From positions 510,001 to 542,000 of the forward strand of contig OY969902.1 of assembly GCA_963704435.1 (NCBI GenBank): DNA of 32,000 bases, given 5' to 3'. The notes under the pieces were generated by a model. It saw only the letters and a list, made by a program, of their open reading frames with translations, was not told where the DNA came from and did no database searches. Position 1 is the first letter of the stretch. Each line of letters begins with the position of its first letter. Positions 8,984 to 18,142 of the stretch are shown one piece after another. Origin of the DNA: an uncultured archaeon. Lineage in GTDB: Archaea > Micrarchaeota > Micrarchaeia > Micrarchaeales > CABMGC01. Made by a program: the position numbers and the translations under genes.

Positions 8984-10275
8984 AAACGATATTTGCGGCT
9001 TCGGCAGTGCTTTTGCTTTTGATGTTTCCGGCAGTGGTGTTCGCTGGCCTCAGTGGAGAGGCCCCCATACCCGCACCTCCGAACTATACCATAACCACTT
9101 CAATGCAGAGCCTCTGCAAAGGCGTAGTCAACTACGTTCCGATAACAATCACGAACGAGAAGACCCTAGGCGGCCCGCAGATGCAGAACATAGTGTTGAG
9201 CCTGGTGAACTCCAGGACCGTCTTCGCGTATTCGAACAGCACGCTGAATGCTGGGACCATCAATTCGAGCAATTCAAAAACGTTCTATATGCCTCTCCTG
9301 GTCAGCACGAACGCATCCTCGTACACCTCGCTTGAAATCGCGATAAACTACTACTTCTACAACATGTACTCGGACAGTGAAATGACAAACATGAGCTTTT
9401 CCACGTATTCCTGCCCGACGCCGCTTTCCATAACGCTGTCCCCGAAGATAATACCGTCAGGGAGCGTAAGGAACCTGGTTCTCAACCTGACAAATACGGG
9501 GAACACCATCCTTAACCAGATCTCCCTGAGCATAGCGGTGGGAAAGAACAACCAGAACAATTCCGCCACGATAATCAACCAGCCGCCGTTCGTGCCGAAG
9601 CTGGCGCCGAAGAAGAGCGTGCAGCTGAACACCAGCGTCTATCTGACGGTCGCGCAGCTGTTCCCGATATACCTCACAGGCACTTTCTACAATGGAAGCA
9701 CCCTGAACCAGGTGTCGGACAACACCTACCTGATGTCAGGGGGCCTGATAAATCTGGCGCCGTCGGGGCTCACGATATCTCCGTCATCTCCGATGACAGG
9801 GAGCGAGTTCTCGGCGTCGTTCGAGCTGACAAACACGGGAACGACGAGCGCGACATCGACATCGGTAACGGCAATGCCGCCTAAAGGCATCGCTCCGTTC
9901 GTATCCAACTACACGTACGTCGGCACGATCTCGAGCAGCAGCCAGGACTCGGTCTCGCTCGCGTTCACCACGTCCAATACGCTATCGCCGGGCACCTATG
10001 TCATCCCGGTGAAGGTGAACTACCTGGACGGCCTGCTGAACAACGTGAGCACATGGGCGAACTTCTCGGTCACCCTGAACTCGTCCTCGAAAAGCGTGGT
10101 TTCCAGCAGCGGATCCTCATCCCACTACACGGCGACGGGCAGCTCAACAGGAACTTCCGGCGGATATGTGATTCCTGCGATATTGGTCGTGGCGGTCGCG
10201 GTACTGGCGTGGCTCGTCTTTAAAACGAGGCGGCATGCCAAGAGGATAGGGGCCATCGGCGGCGGGAAGCGGTGA
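8980..10275 (+). CDS. secreted, C-terminally membrane-anchored protein with NEW3/CARDB (COG1361)-like repeats
   Basis: Signal peptide, Ig-like segments (LVLNLTNTGNTILNQISLSI; FSASFELTNTGTTSATSTSV), C-terminal TM followed by basic tail; ATGA overlap with the ATPase gene. Confidence 0.7.
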   Translation: MKTIFAASAVLLLLMFPAVVFAGLSGEAPIPAPPNYTITTSMQSLCKGVVNYVPITITNEKTLGGPQMQNIVLSLVNSRTVFAYSNSTLNAGTINSSNSKTFYMPLLVSTNASSYTSLEIAINYYFYNMYSDSEMTNMSFSTYSCPTPLSITLSPKIIPSGSVRNLVLNLTNTGNTILNQISLSIAVGKNNQNNSATIINQPPFVPKLAPKKSVQLNTSVYLTVAQLFPIYLTGTFYNGSTLNQVSDNTYLMSGGLINLAPSGLTISPSSPMTGSEFSASFELTNTGTTSATSTSVTAMPPKGIAPFVSNYTYVGTISSSSQDSVSLAFTTSNTLSPGTYVIPVKVNYLDGLLNNVSTWANFSVTLNSSSKSVVSSSGSSSHYTATGSSTGTSGGYVIPAILVVAVAVLAWLVFKTRRHAKRIGAIGGGKR

Positions 10276-10291
10276 CTTCAAAGGTGAAGTC
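10274..10291 (+). promoter_or_regulatory. intercistronic hairpin GACTTC-AAAGGT-GAAGTC
   Basis: Perfect 6-bp inverted repeat immediately after the upstream stop codon. Confidence 0.45.
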
Positions 10292-10351
10292 GCATGGCGC
10301 TCAAACCCCTCGCAGGATGCGCGGGGCCCGAAGCCACTCAGAGGCACAACA

Positions 10352-11704
10352 ATGAAACTTGACGACATATTTTGGCTGAGCCACAAGGACCTTGGCGAGA
10401 AGAAGGTCAGGACCGCGCTGACCGTGCTCATGGTGGTCATAGGAGTGGCGACCATAGTGGCGCTCATATCGCTGACCACCGGCATTAGCAATAGCATACA
10501 GAGCGACCTGGCATCCCTGGGCCCAACATCAATAGTGCTTACCGCCCAGAGGTCATACGGCTTTACCGCTGCGGACGTTGCCGCGATATCGAGGCTGGCC
10601 AACGTGAGCTCGGTGACGCCCCTGCTGACCGGGACCGCGACGCTCGCGTACAACAGCACGAACTCCACGTCTGTCACCCTGATAGGGGTGGACTCGGCAA
10701 ACCTGGGCCTGCTGCTCAACAAGATAAACCTGTATTCCGGCACGAACTACACCGAGACCGAGACCCATTCGATGCTTCTGGGCTACGACTCCGCCTTCAC
10801 GTCCGCAGGCGAGCAGAAGACCTACGTGAACGCGACGCTTACGCTGAAAGTCTCGAGTGCAGGCAGTGCGGACTCGTCGAGCGCGGCGGTCATCGGAATC
10901 CTGAACCAGTATGGCACGACGCTCATACCTGTTGATGAGGCGGTATTGGTCCCGATGCCAGTCGCGGAGTCGCTCCTCCACAAGACGGAGTACAACGAGA
11001 TACTGGTCAAGGCCGTGAATTCGAGCAGTGTGAGCGGCCTGTCCACCGAGCTCGGTGACATATACGGCAGCAACGCGAGGGTCATGAACACGCAGCAGAT
11101 CGCGAAGATAACCTCATCGATAGTCGGCTCGATAACCATACTGCTCGTGCTGATAGCCGGAATCTCGCTGGTCGTGGCGGCGATAGGCATAATGAACATA
11201 ATGCTCATGGCGGTGATGGAGAGGACGCGCGAGATAGGGATCTTCAAGGCCATAGGGTTCAGGAACAGGGACGTGCTTGCGATGTTCCTGATACAGTCGC
11301 TGATAATAGGATTTGTGGGAGGGGTCGCTGGAGTGGTCGTGGGCGCGGGCGGCTCCTACTCGCTCGGGTTCATAGTGCAGCAGATGTCCGCTTCGAGCAG
11401 CGCGAGCACCACTGTTGCTACTAGCACGGCCGCGAGCGCGGCGCCCACGGTGTCTGCGCGTGTCGGAGGCGGAGGGGTGGGAGGCGCAGGCGGATTCTCA
11501 GGTGGGGCCAGCTTCGGAGGGGGCTCTGCGGTAGCCTCGGCGCGGACCAGCACCACAAGCCTCACTTCATTCACTCCCGTGCTCACCATAACGACTGTGG
11601 CCGAGGCGCTGCTGGTCGCGCTCCTGGTGAGCGCGCTCGCGGGGATATACCCCGCGTGGAGGGCCTCCAAGATGGAGCCCATAGAAGCGCTGAGGAACCT
11701 ATGA
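10352..11704 (+). CDS. ABC transporter permease, MacB/FtsX family
   Basis: DIFWLSHKDLGEKKVRTALTVLMVVIGVATIVAL...; GIMNIMLMAVMERTREIGIFKAIGFRNRDV; YPAWRASKMEPIEALRNL. Confidence 0.93.
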   Translation: MKLDDIFWLSHKDLGEKKVRTALTVLMVVIGVATIVALISLTTGISNSIQSDLASLGPTSIVLTAQRSYGFTAADVAAISRLANVSSVTPLLTGTATLAYNSTNSTSVTLIGVDSANLGLLLNKINLYSGTNYTETETHSMLLGYDSAFTSAGEQKTYVNATLTLKVSSAGSADSSSAAVIGILNQYGTTLIPVDEAVLVPMPVAESLLHKTEYNEILVKAVNSSSVSGLSTELGDIYGSNARVMNTQQIAKITSSIVGSITILLVLIAGISLVVAAIGIMNIMLMAVMERTREIGIFKAIGFRNRDVLAMFLIQSLIIGFVGGVAGVVVGAGGSYSLGFIVQQMSASSSASTTVATSTAASAAPTVSARVGGGGVGGAGGFSGGASFGGGSAVASARTSTTSLTSFTPVLTITTVAEALLVALLVSALAGIYPAWRASKMEPIEALRNL

Positions 11705-11726
11705 TGATTCCGTTAGCCTTCAGCAA

Positions 11727-11801
11727 CGGGCATGGCGGGATTTGAACCCGCGACCGACGGCTCCGGAAGCCGTTGTGCTATCCAAGCTACACCACATGCC
11801 C
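11727..11801 (-). tRNA. tRNA-Arg(CCG)
   Basis: Minus: GGGCATG...ACGGC-TTCCGGA-GCCGT...GCGGG-TTCAAAT-CCCGC-CATGCCC-G; intronless cloverleaf. Confidence 0.95.
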
Positions 11802-11824
11802 ATACTGCGGATTCAAAGGTCAAT

Positions 11825-11899
11825 CGGGCACGGCGGGATTTGAACCCGCAACCGCCTGGTCCGAAGCCAGGCGCGCTGTCCAAGTTGCGCCACGTGCCC
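11825..11899 (-). tRNA. tRNA-Arg(TCG)
   Basis: Minus: GGGCACG...CCTGG-CTTCGGA-CCAGG...GCGGG-TTCAAAT-CCCGC-CGTGCCC-G; intronless cloverleaf. Confidence 0.95.
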
Positions 11900-11981
11900 A
11901 TAGATTAGCAATAGGATAATTGGAGACAGATGAAAAATAAGTATGTATTGGTCTGCTGGGCGCGGCAAAGGCTTACGAGAT

Positions 11982-12398
11982 CTATGCCTCTATCGGCTCT
12001 ATGGGCTCCATTCCGTTCTCGAACTCCATCTTGAGCTTGGGCAGGAGCTCGGCGTATTCCCTCCTGCTCGGCCCATCAAGCGAGTACAGGAGCACCATCG
12101 AAAAAGCGTGTTCGTCTATGTCAGAGGTCACGACTTCCTTCACGTCGTTCTCGCTTATCTCCTTCCATCCGGAGTGGAAGGCAGCGGCTATCTCCTTTAC
12201 GACCGCCTCCCTGTCGAAGTTGTCCCCTTTATGCAGATACCTGTGGATTCGCCAGGAGTGATTTGATGAGAGTGTCGCTATAAGGCGTGCTTTGTTTATG
12301 ACTCCGAGATCATCCGTTGTTATTTCCCTTTTCTTAAGAACTTTGTGGACTTGCGAAACGAAGAGGCCATATTTGTTCAATATGGTTCTGTTAGGCAT
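11982..12398 (-). CDS. hypothetical protein
   Basis: Open frame with a plausible leaderless start (MPNRTILNKYGLF...) about 26-30 nt downstream of an A/T-rich box (GCTTAATAACTC on minus); no family recognised. Confidence 0.55.
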   Translation of the reverse strand: MPNRTILNKYGLFVSQVHKVLKKREITTDDLGVINKARLIATLSSNHSWRIHRYLHKGDNFDREAVVKEIAAAFHSGWKEISENDVKEVVTSDIDEHAFSMVLLYSLDGPSRREYAELLPKLKMEFENGMEPIEPIEA

Positions 12399-12659
12399 AC
12401 GACCCAAACATATTTCGCGTAAAGAGTTATTAAGCATTCGCTATCTGAATTTTTAGAAAAGGATATGATGAGTGCATCAAATTTTCGCGCGGAATCCTGT
12501 TTGCTTCTGCGCGAGCGAGCGAATCTTGCGTTCCGAATTCGCGTTACGCGCCTCCATTTTCCATCGGAAGTTATGCGACAACTGGAGTCGGCGACCGAGG
12601 CGGGGTTTCAAAGCCAAGGGTTATAAATTTGTGCGGGCAATACCTAATTGTGTGATGAT

Positions 12660-13073
12660 ATGATTACCGGAATCAGGATAAGTGAAGTGCATGCGGCGAG
12701 GCCGGTAGACGAGGCCATAGCCAACATGAAGTTCAACATAAACTTTGACAACGTGAAGGTGTCTGAGAACGGGGATGTCGAAGTCATGTACACGTTCACC
12801 ACGGTGTACGAGGGCGCCGAGAAGGGCTCGAAGTCCGTGGGGGAGCTGAAGATAACCGGAAGCGTCTTCGCGAAGGAGGACAAGGGCATGGCCACCCAGA
12901 TAAGCGGGTCATGGAAGGACAAGAAGACGCTGCCCATAAAGTTCGCGGAGGACGTGATAAACATCCTGAACTTCGAATGCGCTTCTAGGGGAACCCTTCT
13001 GGCGTGGTCCATAGGAATGATTGCGCCTCTGCCTATCACAAGGGCGAAGCTCCAGGAGAACGAGCCCAAGTAG
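12660..13073 (+). CDS. hypothetical protein, possible SecB-like fold
   Basis: MITGIRISEVHAARPVDEAIANMKFNINF...VGELKITGSVFAKE...ISGSWKDKKTLPIKFAEDVINILNFECASRGTLLAWSIGMIAPLPI resembles the SecB-like pattern (inference); TATA-like ttataaat at 12621. Confidence 0.6.
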   Translation: MITGIRISEVHAARPVDEAIANMKFNINFDNVKVSENGDVEVMYTFTTVYEGAEKGSKSVGELKITGSVFAKEDKGMATQISGSWKDKKTLPIKFAEDVINILNFECASRGTLLAWSIGMIAPLPITRAKLQENEPK

Positions 13074-13094
13074 AGCAAGCGCACAGGAAGGACC

Positions 13095-15518
13095 ATGAAG
13101 CAAGTCGAGCTCGAGGGCGTACTGCTCGACATCGACTACATAACCGTTTCCGGGAGGAGCACGATAAGGCTCACTCTCAAATCCAAGGACGGAGCGCGAG
13201 CCCTGTTCGATACGGGATTCTCTCCGTACTTCTACCTGGTGCCGAGCAATCCCGATCTGGATGAGAGCACAGTGACCTCCCTGAAAGTGTTCTCTGACAT
13301 GAACGAAAGGATAGAGATCACTAAGGTGGAAAGGCGCACGATGCTGCTGCGGGGGAAGAAGGTCGACGCCATCGCGGTGCACACCAAGGACTCAAAGGAC
13401 GTGCCGAAGCTCAAGGAATACGTGCAGGAGTTCGGCGAATGCTACGAATATGACATACTCTTCTGGAAGCGCTACGTCATAGACAAGGGCATCTCCCCGC
13501 TCGCGGGGGTCAGGATCGTAGCCCATGAGTCCGACCTCGGCCTGGAGGCGGACAGCGTAAGCCCGCTGGAAGGCGGGATTGACGTGAAGCTGAACTGCAT
13601 CTGCTTCGACATCGAGACCTACAACGCGGCCGGCACGAGCGAACCGCAGAAGGACCCCGTACTCATGATAAGCTATACGGACGGTACCCGGTTCGGGGTG
13701 CTGACCACCAAAAAAATCGACAGGGAGTTCGTGACGTCCTTCGGCACGGAAAGGGAGATGATTGAGGGATTCGCTGACCTCATCAAGAAGTCGGATGCGG
13801 ACGTCATAGCTGGGTACAACTCGGCGAACTTCGACGTCCCATACCTACTGAAGAGGGCCAAGGCGGTCAGGGCCAGGTTCGACATATCGAGATACGGCGA
13901 GGAGGCAAGGACCGTCCACCACGGCCTTATGGAATCCGTCAAGGTGCCCGGCAGGATAAGCCTTGACCTGTACCAGGTGGCGCGCTTCGTTTCGATAGCC
14001 GGGGCCGCGGAGCAGCTGCTGCGCACCTACAACCTGAAGCTCGACGAGGTCCACACGGCGATCACGGGCAAGAGGAAGAAGACCGTTGACAAGAAGAACA
14101 TATGGAGGATGTGGGACGGCGGGGGCAGGGGTCTCGAGGAGCTTGCCGATTACAACCTCTCCGACTCCGTATCGCTCTACGAGCTCTACGAGTTCTTCAT
14201 GCCGCTGGAGGTCGAGACCGCGAAGGTGAGCGGGACTACCCTGGCCGAGGCCTCGGTCTCGACCGTGGGCCAGCTTGCGGAGTTCCTGGTCATGCGCTAC
14301 GCGAATGCGAACGGGGAGATAGTGCCGAACAAGCCTGACGAGAGGGAGATGAGGGCCAGGCTCCAGAGCACGTTCGAGGGCGCGTATGTGAAGACCCCGG
14401 ACGCCGGGATATACGATAACATAGTGGTGTTCGACTTCAGGGGGCTGTATCCCTCGATGATAATCGCGCACAACATCGATCCCGCTACGGTGTGCACCGA
14501 CTGCAAGGACTACTTCGAGGCGCCGAACGGCGTCAGGTTCGCGAGGAAGCCGCAGGGGATAATCCCGAAGGCCATGGAGATGCTCATAAGCGAGAGGCAG
14601 AGCGTGAAGAAGGCCTACAAGAAGGACCCTGACAACAAGTCGCTCAGTGCCAGATCCAACGCGCTGAAGATACTCGCGAACTCGTTCTACGGCTACCTGG
14701 GATATTCCAGGTCGCGCTGGTATTCCAGGGACTGCGCCAGCAGCGTTACCGCGCTGGGCAGGGCCTACATAACCAACACCCTCGAGGAGGCGGAGAGGCT
14801 CGGATTCAGGTCGCTGTACGCGGACACGGACTCGTGCTTCCTGCTGGTGGGAGACAAGAGCGAGGATGACATAGGAGCGTTCCTGAAGCGCATCAACGCC
14901 GCACTGCCGAAGGCGATGGAGCTCGAGTTCGAGGATTTCTACACCCGCGGGGTATTCGTGGGGAAGCGCACGGCGACCGGGGGCGCTGGCGCCAAGAAGA
15001 AATACGCGCTTCTCTCGCGGAGCGGCAGGGTCAAGATAAAGGGATTCGAGCTGGTGCGCAGGGACTGGTCCGGGGTTGCGAGGACCACGCAGAGGGCCGT
15101 GCTGGAGGCGATACTGAAGGAGGGCAGCAAGGAGAAGGCGATAGGCATAGTCAAGACAGTCATAGGCGAGCTCAAGGAGGGGAAAGTCCCGATGAGCGAG
15201 CTCGTCATACACACGCAGCTCAGGAAGAGCATCGGCTCCTACGATTCGAAGTCGCCCGAGCTGGCCGCCGTGCAGAAGGCCATAAAGTCCGGCGCCAAGA
15301 GGAGGGACGAGCTCGAGGGCGCGACCATAGGATACATCATAACCAGGCACGGCAGCAGCATATCCGAGAAGGCCGAGCTCGAGGACATCGCCCAGGACTA
15401 CGACCCCGACTACTACATCAGCCACCAGGTGATTCCGGCAACGTTAAGAATCTTGAAGGAGCTTGGTATAAACGAGGAGGAGCTGAAGGGCGGAGGGGAG
15501 CAGAAGAGGCTGCTCTGA
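13095..15518 (+). CDS. polB: family B DNA polymerase
   Basis: Exo motifs FDIETYN, GYNSANFDVPYL, YNLSDSVSLYEL; palm motifs DFRGLYPSMI, KILANSFYGYLGY, YADTDS. Confidence 0.96.
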   Translation: MKQVELEGVLLDIDYITVSGRSTIRLTLKSKDGARALFDTGFSPYFYLVPSNPDLDESTVTSLKVFSDMNERIEITKVERRTMLLRGKKVDAIAVHTKDSKDVPKLKEYVQEFGECYEYDILFWKRYVIDKGISPLAGVRIVAHESDLGLEADSVSPLEGGIDVKLNCICFDIETYNAAGTSEPQKDPVLMISYTDGTRFGVLTTKKIDREFVTSFGTEREMIEGFADLIKKSDADVIAGYNSANFDVPYLLKRAKAVRARFDISRYGEEARTVHHGLMESVKVPGRISLDLYQVARFVSIAGAAEQLLRTYNLKLDEVHTAITGKRKKTVDKKNIWRMWDGGGRGLEELADYNLSDSVSLYELYEFFMPLEVETAKVSGTTLAEASVSTVGQLAEFLVMRYANANGEIVPNKPDEREMRARLQSTFEGAYVKTPDAGIYDNIVVFDFRGLYPSMIIAHNIDPATVCTDCKDYFEAPNGVRFARKPQGIIPKAMEMLISERQSVKKAYKKDPDNKSLSARSNALKILANSFYGYLGYSRSRWYSRDCASSVTALGRAYITNTLEEAERLGFRSLYADTDSCFLLVGDKSEDDIGAFLKRINAALPKAMELEFEDFYTRGVFVGKRTATGGAGAKKKYALLSRSGRVKIKGFELVRRDWSGVARTTQRAVLEAILKEGSKEKAIGIVKTVIGELKEGKVPMSELVIHTQLRKSIGSYDSKSPELAAVQKAIKSGAKRRDELEGATIGYIITRHGSSISEKAELEDIAQDYDPDYYISHQVIPATLRILKELGINEEELKGGGEQKRLL

Positions 15519-15529
15519 AAGGGTGCGAC

Positions 15530-16879
15530 ATGGACAGGATATTCAACTCGCTGAGCAGGCTGGGCGTGGACTTCGCCAGCGTTAGACACGAAACGACCCG
15601 GGGCCTGACGATAAGCATGCTTGACGGGATACTGAAGGTCGACGTTAACGACAGCATGGACGGGTACATGCTGAAGGTCCTTTCGGGAGGAAGCTACAGC
15701 TACAGGAGCATCGTCAAGGAGCCCACGGTCGAAGACATCAGGCTCGCCAAGGCGTTCGGACCCAGAAACGGCGCGGACTCGGCGCCCGAAATCAAGCCGA
15801 TCGAAGACACGGCGAGCATCGGGATGGGGGGCAGCATAGAAAAGGACATGGAGGAGAAGATACGCGATGTCCAGGAGCTTAGGAAACGGATAATGGACCA
15901 TGCCAAAAAGATAAAAACGCTCACGGTCACCTATAGCGAAAAGATGTATCACAAAGAGTATGCCGACTCCCATGGAAGCCGCATAGTGCAGGATTTCCCT
16001 AGAAGCATCCTGAGGATTAATGCCGTGGCAAAGGAAGGCAACGACATCGCCACGGCCATCGAGAGCAATGGGACCAACAGGGGGTACATATTCGACATTG
16101 TGAATCAGGAAGAAATTCTTAGGAGGATCAAGAACAAAATCGATTCTCAGTTGCACGGCGGGGTCCCTAAGTCTGGGGAGTACGAGGTGATCTTGGGCCC
16201 TGATGCGACTGGCACCTTCTGCCACGAGGCATTCGGGCATCTGGCCGAAGGAGATCTGGCACAGGCGGGTTTTCTACTTAGGATGAAAGGCCAGAAGGTC
16301 GCCGATTCCACCGTAAGCATAGTGGATTATCCGGTAGTGCCTGACGCCCTCGCTGCGGGTTTCACCATGTACGATGATGAGGGCGTGAAGGGCAGGGCCG
16401 TAGACATACTGAAAAAGGGCGTGGTGAATGAGTTCATGACCAACCTTCACTTCGCAGGAAAATTCGGTACCGCGCCCACAGGCAATGCGAGGGCGCAAGA
16501 TTTCAACTCGCCAGACATAGTGAGGATGCGCAACACCTGCATAAAAAAAGGGGAAGTGAGCAAGGAAGAGCTGATTTCAAGCGTGAAGAAAGGCTATCTC
16601 ATACTCTCCCCTCACGGAGGCACGACTACGTCCGAAGGCACTTTCCAGTTCGGCGTAGGGGAAGGATATAGGATAGAGAATGGCGAGGTGAAGGAGGGGC
16701 TGAAGCTTGGCGTCGGGATGTCCGGGTATGCGTTGAAGACGCTGGCCCTGATCAATGGCGTCTCCAAAGAATTTGGCATGAGTTCAGGACTATGCGGGAA
16801 GTGCGGCCAGTGGGCTCCGGTATCTGACGGAGGGCCCTACATAAGGGTCAGAAAACTGAAGGTTGGTGGGCATGCGTGA
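15530..16879 (+). CDS. tldD: TldD family metalloprotease
   Basis: VILGPDATGTFCHEAFGHLAEGD (HExxxH) and C-terminal GxCGKxGQxxPVSDGGPYIRV-type motif. Confidence 0.92.
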   Translation: MDRIFNSLSRLGVDFASVRHETTRGLTISMLDGILKVDVNDSMDGYMLKVLSGGSYSYRSIVKEPTVEDIRLAKAFGPRNGADSAPEIKPIEDTASIGMGGSIEKDMEEKIRDVQELRKRIMDHAKKIKTLTVTYSEKMYHKEYADSHGSRIVQDFPRSILRINAVAKEGNDIATAIESNGTNRGYIFDIVNQEEILRRIKNKIDSQLHGGVPKSGEYEVILGPDATGTFCHEAFGHLAEGDLAQAGFLLRMKGQKVADSTVSIVDYPVVPDALAAGFTMYDDEGVKGRAVDILKKGVVNEFMTNLHFAGKFGTAPTGNARAQDFNSPDIVRMRNTCIKKGEVSKEELISSVKKGYLILSPHGGTTTSEGTFQFGVGEGYRIENGEVKEGLKLGVGMSGYALKTLALINGVSKEFGMSSGLCGKCGQWAPVSDGGPYIRVRKLKVGGHA

Positions 16880-18134
16880 TTACGATCGCGAAATAAGCGC
16901 GCTGAGCAGGAGGGGCTACCAGGCGGAACTCTACGTCGAGAAGGTCGATTCGCTGCAGATCACAAAGGAAATGGAGGCGACGACTTCGCAAAGCAGCCAG
17001 ACGGAGGGCTATAGACTCAGGGTGGTAAAGGAAGGCAAGGTTGGTTATGCGTCTTCCAGCGTCTTCGAAAAGGCCATGGTAGAGCGCGCGATAAAGGCCT
17101 GCGGGGTAGCGCAGCCTGACAGGAATAACGCGCTGCCGCCATCATGGCGCTGCGCCAGAAGCAATTCCCGCAATTTCAATTTCAGAATAGAGGATTCCGT
17201 AGCTGCGGCCAAGGCCTTCTTCGATATGTTAGTGGAGCCTTCAACGGTGAACCTAAATTCCGCAACAGTCTGCGCCGCGAATACCGAAATCAGCGTAATC
17301 AGCACGGAAGGAGTGGACGTCAAGGAAAAATCATCTGCCTTTTCAGCGTATGTGGAGGCCAATTACAAGAAGGGCAGTCTGCTGACCCCTGAGGTCCATG
17401 ACTACCGCACTTCGACCAAGATGCTCAGGAATCCGAATGGCATCCGCCAAACGGTCATGGAAAAGATAGACGCAGTAAAGCTGCAGAGCCAGCTTCCCCG
17501 CAAATTCGATGAGGTCGTCTTCACGCCCAAGGCGGTGGCGATGGTGATATCCAGTCTGGTGGCTTCCTCTTTCTCTGGCGAAAGCCTTTTCAGGGGCATA
17601 ACGCCCATGAAAGAAGAACTCGACCTAGGGAACTGGATATCCCTTATGGACGATCCATTCGTGAAGGACAGCGTCTACAACTGCAGTTTCGACGGCGAGG
17701 GACTGCCCAAAAGAAAGATACCCCTAATCCAGGAAGGCAGAGTCAAGAACTTCCTATACAACACATACTGGGCGCGCAAGGCCTCCGTTGCAGGAACCGG
17801 CTCGGCCAGCCGCGGATACCAGAGTGCACCCCAGATAGCGAACTCGAACCTAGTCATATTGGCGAACGAGGAGAAGGATGTGGCTGAGGACTCTCTTGTT
17901 GTGGATGAAGTCCTGGGATCGCACACTAGCGATTTGACTACGGGCAAATTCAGCGTTACCGCGAGCGCAGCATGGATAAATGGCAGGAGCGGAAGCAGGG
18001 GAGTTAAGGGTGTCGTCGTAACCGGCAACCTTACTGACTTCCTCAGTGGGATAGAGTCGATGTCGCGAAACAAGATTACGGATTACGGGGTCGTTACCGG
18101 AGACCTAAAGGTAAAAGGCCTGAGCATAACTTAA
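16872..18134 (+). CDS. tldE: TldE/PmbA family protein
   Basis: Adjacent to tldD, homologous C-terminus (RGYQSAPQIANSNLVI...GSRGVKGVVVTGNLTDFLSGIE). Confidence 0.85.
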   Translation: MRDYDREISALSRRGYQAELYVEKVDSLQITKEMEATTSQSSQTEGYRLRVVKEGKVGYASSSVFEKAMVERAIKACGVAQPDRNNALPPSWRCARSNSRNFNFRIEDSVAAAKAFFDMLVEPSTVNLNSATVCAANTEISVISTEGVDVKEKSSAFSAYVEANYKKGSLLTPEVHDYRTSTKMLRNPNGIRQTVMEKIDAVKLQSQLPRKFDEVVFTPKAVAMVISSLVASSFSGESLFRGITPMKEELDLGNWISLMDDPFVKDSVYNCSFDGEGLPKRKIPLIQEGRVKNFLYNTYWARKASVAGTGSASRGYQSAPQIANSNLVILANEEKDVAEDSLVVDEVLGSHTSDLTTGKFSVTASAAWINGRSGSRGVKGVVVTGNLTDFLSGIESMSRNKITDYGVVTGDLKVKGLSIT

Positions 18135-18142
18135 GTGATGAG

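Noticed and set aside
11713-11901. 62-aa ORF MGTWRNLDSAPGFGPGGCGFKSRRARLTF...
   Set aside because: It overlaps the two tRNA-Arg genes completely and is a translation of tRNA sequence.
12441-12500. C/D box sRNA candidate starting at ATGATGA near 12466
   Set aside because: No D (CTGA) or C'/D' boxes at suitable spacing downstream could be found.
13845-15425. 526-aa minus-strand ORF opposite the DNA polymerase
   Set aside because: Shadow ORF created by high-GC codon bias; the plus strand carries all family-B polymerase motifs and the antisense product is low-complexity R/V/L-rich.
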